A DNA stretch of 62,075 bases, the filler included, from Sphacelaria rigidula (Eukaryota), in NCBI GenBank assembly GCA_964200075.2. It is 11 parts of 11 records of this genome, joined end to end, with 100 filler letters (N's around TTAATTAATTAA, not from the genome) between each part and the next. Parts side by side here need not be neighbours in the genome. Positions count along the whole stretch, not along the records: positions 1 to 5,553 come from CAXNAA020026383.1; positions 5,654 to 11,206 come from CAXNAA020026384.1; positions 11,307 to 16,859 come from CAXNAA020026385.1; 8 more parts are not named here. One strand, 5' to 3'. Shown here piece by piece: positions 1 through 11,926 of this stretch. Numbering within the stretch: the first letter of the stretch is position 1; every line of letters starts with the position of its first letter. The notes under the pieces were generated by a model. It had not been told where the DNA came from and ran no database searches. It saw nothing but the letters and a program-made list of their open reading frames with translations. The translations under genes and the position numbers were made by a program.

Positions 1-118
1 GTCTCGTACCTCAGCCCAAACTCCTCCAAACAGAGTGCCGAGAAATATCAGACATTCATTGTGTATCTGGATATTACTCGGCACTCTGTTTGGAGGAGTT
101 TGGGCTGAGGTACGAGAC
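1..118. repeat. Fold-back hairpin at contig start
   Basis: 1-42 is the exact reverse complement of 77-118, with an imperfect inner stem (AATATC-AGA/TCTGGATATT). Confidence 0.95.
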
Positions 119-150
119 GGGCAGCCGGTACGGTTTGTGCCCAAGGAGTA

Positions 151-1070
151 GTGCTGAAAGCACTTGGTTTAAACGAGAGGAGCAGTTTGCAGCAAGACCA
201 GCGTTTGGAGAAAGCTCCGCTGGCGACGCTCAAGTCAGGCATGGCTCAAGCGACAGCGACACCACTGGTATTGGATGAGACGTTACTTCCGCCGCAATAT
301 GGTGAAGAGTGGAACAAAGCAGCTAGTCGCAAGTTTTTCGGGGCCTATCTCGATTACGAACAGCGGTTGCGAATCGCTAATGAAGAAGGGAGGGTGACAC
401 ACGCGCAAGTGCCCGTTGGGCAGTTGATTCCTGCATACATTCGTCAATGTTTCGAAATCCTGTACACGGACGGACGAACGATAACCGCAGCGGAGCTCGT
501 AAATGCTGTGAAGCAGCATGCTGGGTATACCACCACCGTTGACCGAGAGGATAAAACTCGGGCAGCGGCTGATATCGAGCGCATTCTCAGGATGGCCCAA
601 GACGGACCATTGTCTGTACGGGATAGGGCAATGACAGTCACTTCAAAATTGGAACAGTATTTTTCGAAAAAAATGTCGGTCGAAGCCATGTACAAGGCAC
701 AAGACAGAAACTGGGGCAAATACGGGTGGATCTCGCCGCAAACAACAACAGCAGCAGCAGCAGTCGTCTGCGCGAGGGATATTTACTCGCGCATGCTATA
801 ACTGTGGCGACCATGGACATCTTTCAAAGAATTGTCCCAAGCCTCGCGCCAAGGGCGCTAATCAAAATAGTCCGCAACATCAGTCAGGATCCAGCAGCGG
901 TCGTCATGGAGGAAGAGGTAGAGGTCATGGTGGACGCGGGCGCGGTGGCCGCGGCAACAATCGAGAGGCGACGGATGGTGGATCCTCCACTACAATATCT
1001 TCGGCTGCATCTTCAGAACCTGCCTCAGGCTCTTCTGGCCCGTCCATGCCGGGGCGGGCAGTTTATGTAG
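151..1070 (+). pseudogene. gag: gag-like region of the Gypsy element (frameshifted)
   Basis: 216-aa ORF (151-801) upstream of the protease, followed by low-complexity Q/S/G/R-rich sequence. Assigned mainly by position. Confidence 0.6.
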
Positions 1071-1356
1071 GAGGGAGTAGTACTTCGATGGGTGGTGCTA
1101 GAGCGGACAGCTCGCAGACCACCGGCCAGGCAGGATCCGTGTCTGGTATCGCTGCCGCTACTGCGACGGCGGCAACGGCAACGGCGCCGTCTACATACAC
1201 GGAATCTTGGTCGGGTTGGAACGCCGATTCGGTGTCGACGATGCCACTTTCTGGAGCGCAGCCTTGGCGACAGGTGACTGCAGCCAACAATCAAGGTTTC
1301 CCCCCGACAGGTGTAGTGCCTGTCGATCGCACTGCACAATGCCTCCGTGCTGATCT

Positions 1357-4300
1357 TTGTTCGCCGGGTACGGTAGGATCATTGATGGCACGGGTTATTC
1401 TGGACTCTGGGTCCGCGCTTACGTCTATCAGCGTGGGTTTCCTGGCCAAGTTGTCTTCGCTCTGCGGCAGCGCTCAATTACAGTTGCCGTTCCAGAACGG
1501 TCCCCAAAACCGCTCACACCGCTACGGGAGAGCCCGTGACGGTAACACACAAGACGGTCCCAATCTCCGTAAGTGTACGCACTCCGTAGTGGGTTGTGCA
1601 GATGCCACCCATCACCTCCGCTATCATGCCCGGCAGGGATGGTGTCATTCTCTTTGGCATGGCAACGATAAAGCAGATCGGCATTGATTTGAATCCTCTG
1701 GCGTTGGAGAAGTTACGCCCCCATGCCGTGCCGGTTCAGACGGACGTCGAAAACCCCAGTTATCCAGCGGCTAGGCGGGTGACCATCTCTGTCGATGAGT
1801 TTCAAACTGAGTGTGTGAAGGAAACTTCTGCGGATGAGGCAGTGGAGCGATTGGTGGACCGGGGCCCGGACATGTTTCTGGACCCTGCAAAAGAGAAGGA
1901 GGGGAGAGATCGCGCGCTGGCAGATAGCGTGCGACAGGCCGAACAGCGGGGCCTGAGCGCAGAGGGCGCTTATCGTCTGCGCGATATTTTGTCTCGTCGC
2001 GTAGATACATTACGACGTGGTCTGTGCGGTGATCCGCCAGCGCGCGTAGAGCCGATGCGCGTGCAACTCAAGCCGCAGGCGAAGGCTGCAAAGGCCAAGC
2101 CAAGGCGATACGATCCGATGAAAACCGGGTGGATGGCTGCATGCATAGCGGCGTTGGTGGCGTTCGGTTTGGCGGTGAGGAACATACAAGCGGTGTGGGC
2201 GAGTCCGGCGACGGCGGTGCCGAAGAGAGATACTTTCCGTTTGGTCAGTGACTACCAACCGGTGAACGCGCAGATAGAGCAGTCTCTGGGGGTAATGCCG
2301 AGTCAGGAGGACATGCGGGAGTTACTGGGAGCGCAATGCTTTGGCAAATCGGACTTGCTCCAGGGGTGTTGGCAAATGCCTCTGGCACCGGACGCACCAG
2401 AGTTCTCCACGATCGTCACACTAGAAGGTCTGTTTACGCCAACTCCTGTTCCTCAGGGTGTGCTGAATGCTACATCCTATTTTCAAGGTGTGATGAAGGA
2501 TCTTTTGCCAGGATCGGACTGCAAAGTGTGTGTCGATGATGTTTTTTATTTCGCCGATTCAGAAGAAGCGTTGCTGACGTTGTTAGACGAGATTCTCGGA
2601 CGTTTGGAAAGTGCTGGTCTGTTCGTCGCAGCTCACAAGTGCACGTTTTTTCCTCGGGAAATAGTTTTGGTGTGGCAAGGTGTACTCGCACGGAACCGTG
2701 TCTCATGATCCTGTACGCATTCAAGGGCTGAGTACAGTGCGACGTCCTCAAAATGCAAGTGCGCTGATGCAATTTCTGCAGGCGGTCACTTGGTTGCGAA
2801 CTTCGCTACCTGGCATGGCAGAGGTAGTAGCGCCGCCTCGTGCGTTTTTAGAACAACTGATGGCAGGGGCGTCACGTAAGACCAAGCGGGTGGCGCCTGG
2901 ACGGAGGATCGGGTGCGGGCATGGCGTGCAGCGCAGGATTTGGTGGCGCAAGCGGTCCCACTGTATCATCCTCGTCCTGGGTGCGTTGTGTTAATGTTTC
3001 CCGATGCAAGTGATTTTCACTGGGGGTCTTCTCTGATGCAGGTGCCTGTCACAGAGTTTAACAGTGGCATGGCGTTGGAAAATATGTCACAGGGACCTTT
3101 GGGGTTTCTGAGTGGTAGTTTTAAGGGTTCACAGTTGCGGTGGGCTACAGTGGATAAGGAAGCTTTCGCGATTGTAAACACATTCCGTAGACTCGAGTAT
3201 TTGCTCTGGGGTGGTGTTCGTATTTTCACCAATCATCGGAATCTGAAGTACATTTTCAACCCTGAGGAGTGTGTCACCTCCGTCACAAAAGCCATGGCAC
3301 AGAGACGGGAGGATTGGGAAGGTGTGCTAGGTCAGTACCGATACGCAATTGAACACATCCCGGGAGAAAAAAATTGTCGGGGAGATTTGTTGTCTCGTTG
3401 GGTACAGGTCCCTACCGTACCTATTCGTTCCGTTGCTGTGTACAGCCCGTGTGATGCTGATGGTTCGCTCGTTAGATGTAATTCGCATTGCGCAGCGGAA
3501 AACAGTCGGCGACGGTGTAACTTCTTATCCCACGACCTTCGGTCAAGCTACCTTGGCTGATGATGGTTTGTTTCGGGTGCATGTTAGCAGTCGTGATGTT
3601 TTGTGGATTCCGCCAGAGGATAAGACTATGCAAAATCGCCTTATGGTGTGCGCTCACATGAGATCGGCTGGGCACCGTGGTGTGACGCCGACTTTGTTTC
3701 GTCTGAAAGAATACTGTGTGTGGCCTCACATGGATTCTCAGATTCGCGAGTTTGTTCGCCAGAGTTTACACTGTGTAGATACTCGTGCTGGTGAAATTGT
3801 ACCTCGTCCGTTTGGCGATACTGTGCATGGCACTGCGCCAGGTGGTGTGGTTCACTTTGACTTTCTTTACGTCGGGAGTAGCGGGCCTGAAGGTGATGAT
3901 GGTTTGCCTGAGGACGATGGTTATCGATACGTACTAGTCATCATGGATGATTTATCTAATTTCGTTTGTCTGGAGCCGACCGGAGCTTGTACAGCCGAGG
4001 TCACGGCTCAAAATTCGTTGCAGTGGTGTAAGACTTTCGGGGTGCCACGGGTGTGGGTGAGCGATACCGCTTCGCATTAAAAAAATCGAGTGATAGCGCA
4101 TCTGAGCGACGCGCTCCATGTGAGACAACAATTTGCTGTTGCATACACCCCATGGTCAAACGGTGCATGCAAACGTATGGTGTAGGAGGTTATTCGTGCG
4201 CTGAGGTCTATTTCATCAGAACAGAGACGACCGGTGTCGGATTGGGTTCATGTTCTACCGGCAGCTCAGTGGGCGCTGAATACGTCTTTTCGTGAACGAT

Positions 4301-5011
4301 ACCGCAACACTCCATACTGTGTGATGTTTGGACGGGCGCCGCGTACCGCGTTTTCAGCGTTGGTTTTTCGCCACTGACAGCGAGTGGAAAATCGATGTCA
4401 TGAATGCTGACGCGTTGCGTGACAAGGTTAAGAACGTCGTTGAAGAGCAAGTGAGGTTTTGCAAAGAAGTGCAAGCAGCTGTTACGGTGTCCCGAGAAAC
4501 TAAACGTAAGCTTGCTCAGGGCCAACCTGTGTTGCCCAAATTTGCGGTTGGTGATTTTGTTTTGTATGCTCGTGTTCGTAGGCAAGGTGGGACGCCAAAA
4601 CTGATATCCACATGGACAGGTCCGTGGCGAGTGGTCGGAGCCGATCACGCTCACGTGTATTCGGTGCAGAATATTGTTTCTGGCGCCGTGCACTCGGGTC
4701 ATGTCGCTCGTTTACGTTTTAATGCTGACTCACAGTTGCACATCACTGCGGAAGTCAAAGATGTTTTTCAGCATTCGTATGCTCAGGGGGAGTGTTGGAT
4801 AAATGCTTTGGTGCACGTCGCAGAGGACGATCATGGAAATGTCAGAGTTTTGGTCGATTGGGATGGCTTCGATTCTGAAGAACGAACGTGGGAGTCTCTT
4901 CGGAAAATTCATTCTTCGGCACCTGAATTTGTTGTCAAGGGATTGCGTAAACTGCGGTTGACTCGGGCGTTGATCAGTAAATTTGCGTCGGAGTATGGTA
5001 TCTCTTTGTGA
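1357..5011 (+). pseudogene. pol: pol polyprotein pseudogene: aspartic protease, reverse transcriptase, RNase H, integrase, GPY/F-like motif, chromodomain
   Basis: Protease VILDSGS (DSG 1403-1411). RT: WASP..VPK, FRLVSDYQPVN, DLLQGCWQMPL, VPQGVLNA, KVCVDD (2523-2540). RNase H: FPDASDFHWG, DKEAFAIV, FTNHRNL, GDLLSRW. Integrase: HMRSAGHRG, VHFDFLY, VIMDDLS, VWVSD. Also WTGPW and chromodomain VLVDWDGFDSEERTWE. Several frameshifts and stops. Confidence 0.95.
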
Positions 5012-5092
5012 TTTGGCGCATGCAAATTCGGCTTGGTGATTTTTGATGGTTGTCAAGCTCGTTCGTTTGTCTTGAACTCGCTTTGGGGGTGC

Positions 5093-5338
5093 TGTAGCCC
5101 AAAATGGTGCCAAGCCGTTGCGTTTAACGTGTAGGATACTGGATGATGATTATGTGACAGGGTACACTGTGGATGATGACCTTCACCATGTGGCCTTTGA
5201 TGTGTAGCCAGTGGCCTGCTGTTGTTACCCCGTGAATGGAAGCTCTGATAAGTTCTTATCGAGCGTGAGGCCAGTGGAATTCTGGAGAAGTCCCTCACTG
5301 AATAGCCCTCTCGTCCAGATCGTCTGGCACAGGCTATA
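5093..5338 (+). repeat. Putative 3' LTR (about 246 bp)
   Basis: Starts TGTAGCC just after the G-rich tract and ends GGCTATA, one change from the inverted terminus GGCTACA. No 5' LTR is available for comparison. Confidence 0.55.
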
Positions 5339-5553
5339 TAGGGGGCACCCCTCAACGTGCGTGATAGAGTGCCTTAATCAAAAGCGATGAACACCAAACT
5401 TTGGGAGATTACCATCAAAACGTGTTCAAATGGGTTGAAAAGAGAAGAGAAAAAAATGATTGCGTCGAGTACGGCGTTGCCAAAGGTCGACTTAACCCTT
5501 TTGGGACCGGGCCTCCAGAACGACCAATGAGGCTGGTCAGGAATGACGTGTCT

Positions 5554-5653
5554 NNNNNNNNNNNNNNNNNNNNNNNNNNNNNNNNNNNNNNNNNNNNTTA
5601 ATTAATTAANNNNNNNNNNNNNNNNNNNNNNNNNNNNNNNNNNNNNNNNNNNN
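5554..5653. other. Artificial contig spacer (N44-TTAATTAATTAA-N44). Identical spacers at 11207-11306, 16860-16959, 22513-22612, 28165-28264, 33817-33916, 39469-39568, 45121-45220, 50773-50872 and 56425-56524
   Basis: 100-nt linker with stops in all six frames. The intervening contigs are 5553 (x4), 5552 (x6) and 5551 bp, i.e. size-sorted. Confidence 0.98.
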
Positions 5654-6875
5654 GGCGAAAACTTGCACACGTCGGACGAGTCATTACTCGTCGAAACGAG
5701 TGCACTCGTTAACGTTTCTTGAAAACACCACGAGTACGGCTCGTGTGCTCGAGTTATTTATTTGTCTTCACCAAGACCGACGACTCGTGTACTGGAGTCA
5801 TGATTTTTTCCACCACGAACAATTCCTCGAGTGCTAGACCCATGAATTTTCTCCGCCACGAGCAATGACTCGATCGAGCACTCGTCCTACTATTTTTTTC
5901 CACCACGGGAATGACTCGAGTAATCGCCCTACTAATTTTTGCCACTCCGAGCAATGACTCGAGTACTCGCCCTACTCATTATTGCCACTACGAGCAATGA
6001 CTCGAGTATTCGCCCTAGATGTTTTTCACACGCCGGACGAGCACGAGTATGACTAGTGGCACTCACACTCGTTGGGCTGCTCGTTGGCGGTAAAAATTGA
6101 TGGGGTGAGTACTCGAGTCATTGCTCGCTGTGAAAAAAAATAATAGGGCGGGCACTCGACTCATTGTTCATGATGAATGGCTTGAGTGGAGTAGCCAGCA
6201 ATCCGACGAGCAAATAATTGTGATGAGCCCTTCGACGATCTTGAACCTAGAATCTTCAAGTTAATATGCATGTCTGCAAGTGTGCAAGCGTCAAGCTCCA
6301 AAGTTACTTTTCAGTTTATCCAAGCACCCCCACACACATACACACTGATCAGAATTTTACCTTAGCAGCGGAGAGTATCTCTCGAGTAGTACATTTACAT
6401 TTTTTCAGGGCGAGCACTCGAGTCATTGCTCGCTGCAAAAAAATAATGACCAGAGTACACGAGTGATTGCTCGTTCTTAAAAAAAATGACTCGAGCACAC
6501 GAGTCATTGCTCGTTGTGAAAAAACTGAATGACTCGAGCACACGAGTCGTTGCTCGTTGTAAAAAGAAACGATGACTTTGAGCACACGAGTCATGCTCGT
6601 TGTGTTTTAAAAAACGTCCACGAGTGCAGTCGTTTCGACGACTAATGACTAGTCCGACGTGTTATGTTTTTTTCACCACGAGCAATGATTCGCGTACTCG
6701 CCCTATTATTACTGTATTTCCACAACGACCAATGACTCGAGTACTCGCCCTCTTAATTTTTTTTCACCACGAGCAATGATTCTAGTACTTACCCTAATAC
6801 TTTTCCTCACCACGAGCAGCCCAACGAGTGCAAGCCGCGATTCATTCTCGTGTTCGTCCCACGTGTGAAAATTTG
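5654..6875. repeat. Complex array of about 38-43 bp units (core CACGAGCAATGACTCGAGTACTCGCCCT) in both orientations; foldback/MITE-like
   Basis: Forward units at about 5805-6020 and 6670-6820; reverse units at about 6100-6170 and 6400-6600. 5660-5750 is inverted at 6580-6670, and 6022-6085 is inverted at 6810-6872. Confidence 0.85.
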
Positions 6876-6879
6876 GCTA

Positions 6880-7300
6880 TCTTCTTTCATCGTAGGGACG
6901 AGGGTTAGAATGGCGTGGTGAGGTGGCCAACCCCCTCGCGGACGCGGTCATAGACGCAATGCATGTACAAAGCTGCGCGTTATCTGAGTCCTTTTCACGT
7001 CGCATTGTGGGCAGAGAGAACAGATGGTGCTGCCGTGGAGGTTCTGCATGTTGCCCGCTCCTCTCTCGCATCCTGCTGCACGAAACTTGCAGACACGAAC
7101 TCAAAATACACTGCATTCAAACAGCGCAGACAGTACGGACTGTCCGTATTTTTAACAAACGGCAATATACCGCTTCACGAATTTCACCGTCCTTTTCCTA
7201 TAGAAAGCTTGAAAATGCGCTTCGACCCAAATCGAGTTACAACATCGAATTTCGTTAAAATTACTTGCCATCGCTCTTTTTTTTCGATGGAAAAATGCTT
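6880..7300 (+). repeat. Dispersed repeat; related copies at about 33100-33420 and 43790-44260
   Basis: Shared segment ACAAAGCTGC...TTTCACGTCG.ATTGT...CAGA in all three. CCG.TTCACGAATTTCA...AAGCTTGAAAAT...GACCCAA is shared by about 7170 and 44137. Confidence 0.6.
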
Positions 7301-8029
7301 TAAGACACTCACTCAGCACGTTATGCCGTCGGTGCGCGAACTGCCATAGACGCCTCCATCAAAGCGCGTTCTCGATGTCGAGACGGCCACCAAGTGCGTC
7401 GACACTATGCTCTAACGCGGTGCGGAATTTACGAAATAGAACGATTTCAACGGTTTGGTGATTGCGGCGTTTTCTACATGTATTTTCTGTCGAAAGCCCT
7501 AGTGAGAGCTCCTAACCCGTGTACAGTAGTACTGCTATCGCATACGAAAGAACTCGTATATTTTAATAGTGCTACGCGCTCGGGCCATGTTTTTCTCGAA
7601 ACGAGTGATATCGGAATGAAGTTGGGAGCCCACACGCACAAAGTAAAGAAGACAAACGTTGGGGGATGGAATCCACATTTCGTCCATCCAACTGGTGATA
7701 AAGGTCCCATGACACAAGCAGGACGCGGCAGCAGTATTGTGCTATGATAGGAGTAGTTTTCTGTCGAACCGCGGGTTCGCATTCACACATTGTCTCGTCT
7801 TCTCCGTTTCTGTGCTATGGCATGAACACTGCCTCTTGCCTCCGTACTTTAACGCCCATCTCCCACACCAAATTATGTTCATGCCTGCCATTCCGGCGAC
7901 AGAATGTCGTGGCTAGCGCACGTTGTGCGTGCACCGCTGTGATGCACACTGCATCCGCGCCACACCTTCGGCGATGCACACGATACTCGCGCTGTTTTTT
8001 TTCTCTGTCTTCAATATTTCATTGCACTC

Positions 8030-9250
8030 ACCGTGCCCTTGCCGCGCTCGTCACCTCTAACCCTTGACTCCCTGTGCAGGCGGCCTTCAGGTCAAGGAAA
8101 TCGCTCAGAGCACATGGACGGAGGGTGTAGATACCTCGGCGGGACTGTTTCACCGCGGCATGCCCCGTCCTGTGGGTCGGGGATGGAGAGATTCCGTCGG
8201 CGGTACGCCAGGCTTCCGCCTGGCTGTGGGATAGGGGATCGTGTGAATTTACCAGGCGTCTACGGAAAGCCTCCACGCTGTCGGAGTGAAGGATGTAACA
8301 ACTCCGTGATAAATGGACGGAGGGGGGGGGCGGGAAGTTAAACCTCACTTTGGATCCACGTTAGTCTGCCCCGCCGGAAGTTGGGGTGACGGTTTCTACC
8401 CGCCTGTCACGAAGAATTTTAAATCCTTCTGTGGTCGTGGTGAATTCTTTGTCTCCACATGTCGGCGCCGACGCGTTGTGGTGTTGGGGGCGGCAGCGAT
8501 CCGTGAGGACGGCTGCTGTCGGGGTTTGCGGATGTGTTGCGCTCCATGCCGGAGTATGGAGTCGTGTGAAGAATTCGGCGCATATCGCACAAAAGGTATC
8601 CCCGTTTGGCCCACCGAGTCGCGGACTTGGGTCGTGGGTTCTGGGTACGAGGCGCCTCGTATTGCGTGGTTCAGTTGTCCTCCGTGGCGCGGTGTTCGGC
8701 GGGCTGATTTGTTTTTGTCCTCCTTCTCGGCTTTTTTCGTATTTTCTAGCCTTCCTCAGTACGTGTTTTTTGTTGTCGGTGTCTGTGATTGTAAGTATAG
8801 TATCTCGGTCTCTTGGGGGCTGGGGGTGTGTGGTTTATACCTGTGGTAGTGAGGTCTACACATATGCTTCGCCTGTGATCGTTTGGGTTTTCGGTCTTGT
8901 GTTTTGTTTTAATTTTTGCCATAGGACTTGGGTTTTGGTGCACGATGATACGCGCCGAAGCAACGGCGCAGAGACCGTTTGTTTAACGACGACGTTTTTG
9001 CGTTGCCTCTGCTTGATCCTTGGAAGACCTGTGCGAATATTTCACTAGCAATCGTTCCACGGTCCGACCTTTTTCATTTGTGCACCTGTGGCATCCGAGT
9101 GTTCCCGTACCGTGCTTTGCTGCGGCACGCACACAGGGTCACGGTCTCTCCACCCGGCGGTTACTCCGCCGACGGGCGAGTGATCCTGGCGCGTGTTCAG
9201 ATGTTTTCTTAGATCAGCTTCTGTGACCTAAAAAATGACGGGGGTTCAAG
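8030..9250 (+). mobile_element. Possible very decayed 3' end of a second Gypsy-like element
   Basis: Weak motif remnants (GADALW.WG, GRGFW), a T-rich 3' region and a purine tract AAAAAATGACGGGGG at about 9230-9244. Recognition is weak. Confidence 0.3.
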
Positions 9251-10352
9251 TGGCTGGCGAGCGTCCGTCTCGCCTTCGAAGCTCTCCACTCATCGACTGG
9301 CGACAACCGGATGCCTTGTGCCCGGTGGGCGACTCTCAGACGTGGACGATGCGGATCATTTTCGGGTATGCATCGATGGGGCTTAGTGTGCCGGCTTGTT
9401 GTCGGCTGTGCATTATTCTGGTGTCGGTGCAATCCGGCGCCATATTGCCACAACCGTGGGAGGTACCTCTCATGAAAAATGCCCCGCCCCTCCCGGACGA
9501 CTAAAGCCAGCAAGAAATACGGACGCCCCCCCCCCCTCCCCCCCGGCGATGGGTCCCTCACCGTAATTGGGATAGTTGCTTTCATCCTACATGAAGTGCG
9601 ACAACCAATCAATCAAAATCAATCATCACAATTCGCCCGCTTTGGTCAAGGTCTCTAATCCAACGAAAAATTACAAGGGTCGGACTAGTTAACGATTCGT
9701 CTGGATATTACCTGGTTTTAGTGAAATTGATTCGTACCGCACGAATCCATCCCTAAGTTTTTATTCCAGCGTCGCAACCCAGGTACGCGCTGCCCAGGCA
9801 CGTGGAATGACGCAAAATTTGCGTGGAGACCTTTTGGACCAGCGGTCAAGATTTTTCTCTTTCGAGCAGTCATGCCTGCGAAAAGCGTGGATTCGGTGAT
9901 TCGAACTGGCGATGATTCGTCCGAACCGTGAAAAAACTATGGTGATAGTGTCAGCCATCTTGCCTGCAGAAATATTTGCATATTTGGACTGAATCAAACG
10001 TTCAAACGTTCATAACGAAAATCAGATTCGAGCAAATTAGCGTCGCGGAGACCACCCCGTCCTATTTCAGCAGTATCGGTAACATAAAACAGGGGGTTTG
10101 AAAATTTACGGGGAGCAGGTATTGTTGAGGATGGGTCGTGAGAACCTGCATAACAATCGCAGTAATTATTAACTATGGGTGCTAATGCACGCTCCGGTCG
10201 CGATATGGCGATATTTTGGTCTTGAAAGTGAAGGCACCATCCGCTATTTCGATATCCCCCCCTCTACTCGGAGGTTATGAACGTCAGGGGGGATGGAGAA
10301 TTCGTTTCGGGAAATGAACGGATGTCGAAATGATTCGGAATTAGAAGAGGTG

Positions 10353-10426
10353 TCTCAAACTCGAGGTTCCTGGTATATTTCACAGTAATTTTACGTTCGA
10401 ATATACCGGGAACCTCGAGTTTGAGA
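10353..10426. repeat. 27-bp hairpin (tiny TIR element remnant)
   Basis: TCTCAAACTCGAGGTTCCTGGTATATT / AATATACCGGGAACCTCGAGTTTGAGA, one mismatch. Confidence 0.85.
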
Positions 10427-10572
10427 TACTGGACCTCTGGAACGTGGGTTTACATATTCCTGGTCGCTCTCTTCAACTGGTTGACGACACGCACGACGGA
10501 CGGCGAATGAGCTTTCATTTGTCCTGAAGATCTCGGCGCCTGCCGGAGAGGGTAGAACAATGTACTGCCCGC

Positions 10573-10752
10573 GACTCAATGCCAGCGGATCGTGTTGCAT
10601 AGTGAGAAGTCTCAGTACCAATCGCCCAATTGATATTGCGCCGATGACCGCGACACGTGCTGGACTCAATGCCGGCGGATCGTGTTGCCCAGTGAGCACT
10701 CTCAGTAACAATAGCCCGAGTGAACCTGCGCGGATGAGCGCGGCACGTGCTG
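10573..10752. repeat. Diverged 90-bp tandem duplication
   Basis: Units start GACTCAATGCC(A/G)GCGGATCGTGTTGC at 10573 and 10663 and end CACGTGCTG. Confidence 0.85.
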
Positions 10753-11709
10753 TAAGCGTGTTCGCAGCGGCAGTCATGGTGCAAAACCACACACGCACGC
10801 TGCGTATACCCTCAACACGTGCAACACTGTAAGATCTAGTACGCTGTAGACAGTACGTTGAGCTGCGGCACAAAACACTACCAACTGCTGCTGTGCCCAG
10901 TTCAGTGATGCGCCGATAGAAAAAAAACAATTTTATACGAACCGCCCGCATACAAGAATCATTGTACACGAAATGATCTCGCACCAGCTGCAAAGCACCC
11001 TCAGCTCGCACGGGTGGGTAGCCCTACACGAAGGAGGACATGTCCAACAGGCGGCACTGGTGGAAAGATTTGCTCAAGTCGGAGTGTCGCTGCCAGGTTT
11101 CGGGTGATAAGGTGATTAGTTAGGGAGTCGGCCAGTCTGCACGGTGTTGCTCTGTATGGGTTCCTCGTGCTCAGAATGTCGTGTGGTGGTCCGCAGAGTG
11201 GTGACGNNNNNNNNNNNNNNNNNNNNNNNNNNNNNNNNNNNNNNNNNNNNTTAATTAATTAANNNNNNNNNNNNNNNNNNNNNNNNNNNNNNNNNNNNNN
11301 NNNNNNTTAAGAAACAAATGATGCTCATGCTCCCAGGGAAATAAGAAACCCAGCCTCAGGCCGATTTTTCAGTTTCTTACTAGCGGGCCGGTACTGTATA
11401 TCACTGTCGGCATCTTACGGTCACCAAGAGCACGAGCTGTTTCAGGGTGAAGATTATCTCCGGAACACCGAGGCGGCTTAACGTGGTGGCGAGTAGCGAT
11501 GTGGCACATGCCTACCCCCAAACGTTTGCCCTCCAGGGCGGTACAACCGGTACGTTCCTCGATCGCATGATACCCAAGCTGAGGCGGATCGCATGGGGGG
11601 GAGCGCAGCGAGCGCGGATTCAAGAGCCAGGCGTCCACCATGTGCTGATGTTTCCAGTCGTAGAGGTTGAATAATTTGGGGATACTGCGAGTCCTTCGCT
11701 GGTAGGTGT

Positions 11710-11926
11710 TGTAATGCGTGAGAGGACCGCGTGCTTAGAGGACCGCATCGGAATTTGAGTATCCCTATGGTTAGGGTTAGGGTTAGGGTTAGGGTTAGTG
11801 TCAGGGTTATGGTCAGGGGCTTAGTACCTGCAAGAACTGGCCCGATTGGTTTTGAAAGACGTCGATCCTGAGGTGTTTTGAACCACGGCGCGGTCCTCTA
11901 AGCACGCGGTCCTCTCACGCATTACA
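11710..11926. mobile_element. MITE with 37-bp TIRs (TGT..ACA, Ginger/TDD-like termini) containing telomeric (TTAGGG)n
   Basis: TIR TGTAATGCGTGAGAGGACCGCGTGCTTAGAGGACCGC and its exact inverse; 5-bp TSD GGTGT; four perfect TTAGGG plus degenerate units at about 11769-11819. Confidence 0.9.

Larger units (their letters stand above)
151..5338 (+). mobile_element. Decayed Ty3/Gypsy chromodomain LTR retrotransposon (5' LTR not in contig)
   Basis: Domain order gag-PR-RT-RNaseH-IN-chromodomain across frameshifted ORFs, followed by a G-rich PPT-like tract (about 5085-5092) and a putative 3' LTR. Confidence 0.95.

Noticed and set aside
5598..5609. TTAATTAATTAA as a biological motif
   Set aside because: It is the six-frame-stop linker inside the N spacers.
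5805..6820. CRISPR array
   Set aside because: Linkers are short, T-rich and similar to each other rather than unique 25-45 nt spacers; units occur in both orientations; no cas genes; eukaryotic context.
8313..9048. Long ORFs 8313-8849 and 8386-9048 as host genes, and most other 60-200 aa ORFs in the track
   Set aside because: They overlap in several frames, run through T/G-rich repeat sequence, and lack splice or domain support.
11769..11819. True telomere or chromosome end
   Set aside because: Only about 4 perfect units, internal to a TIR element with a TSD.
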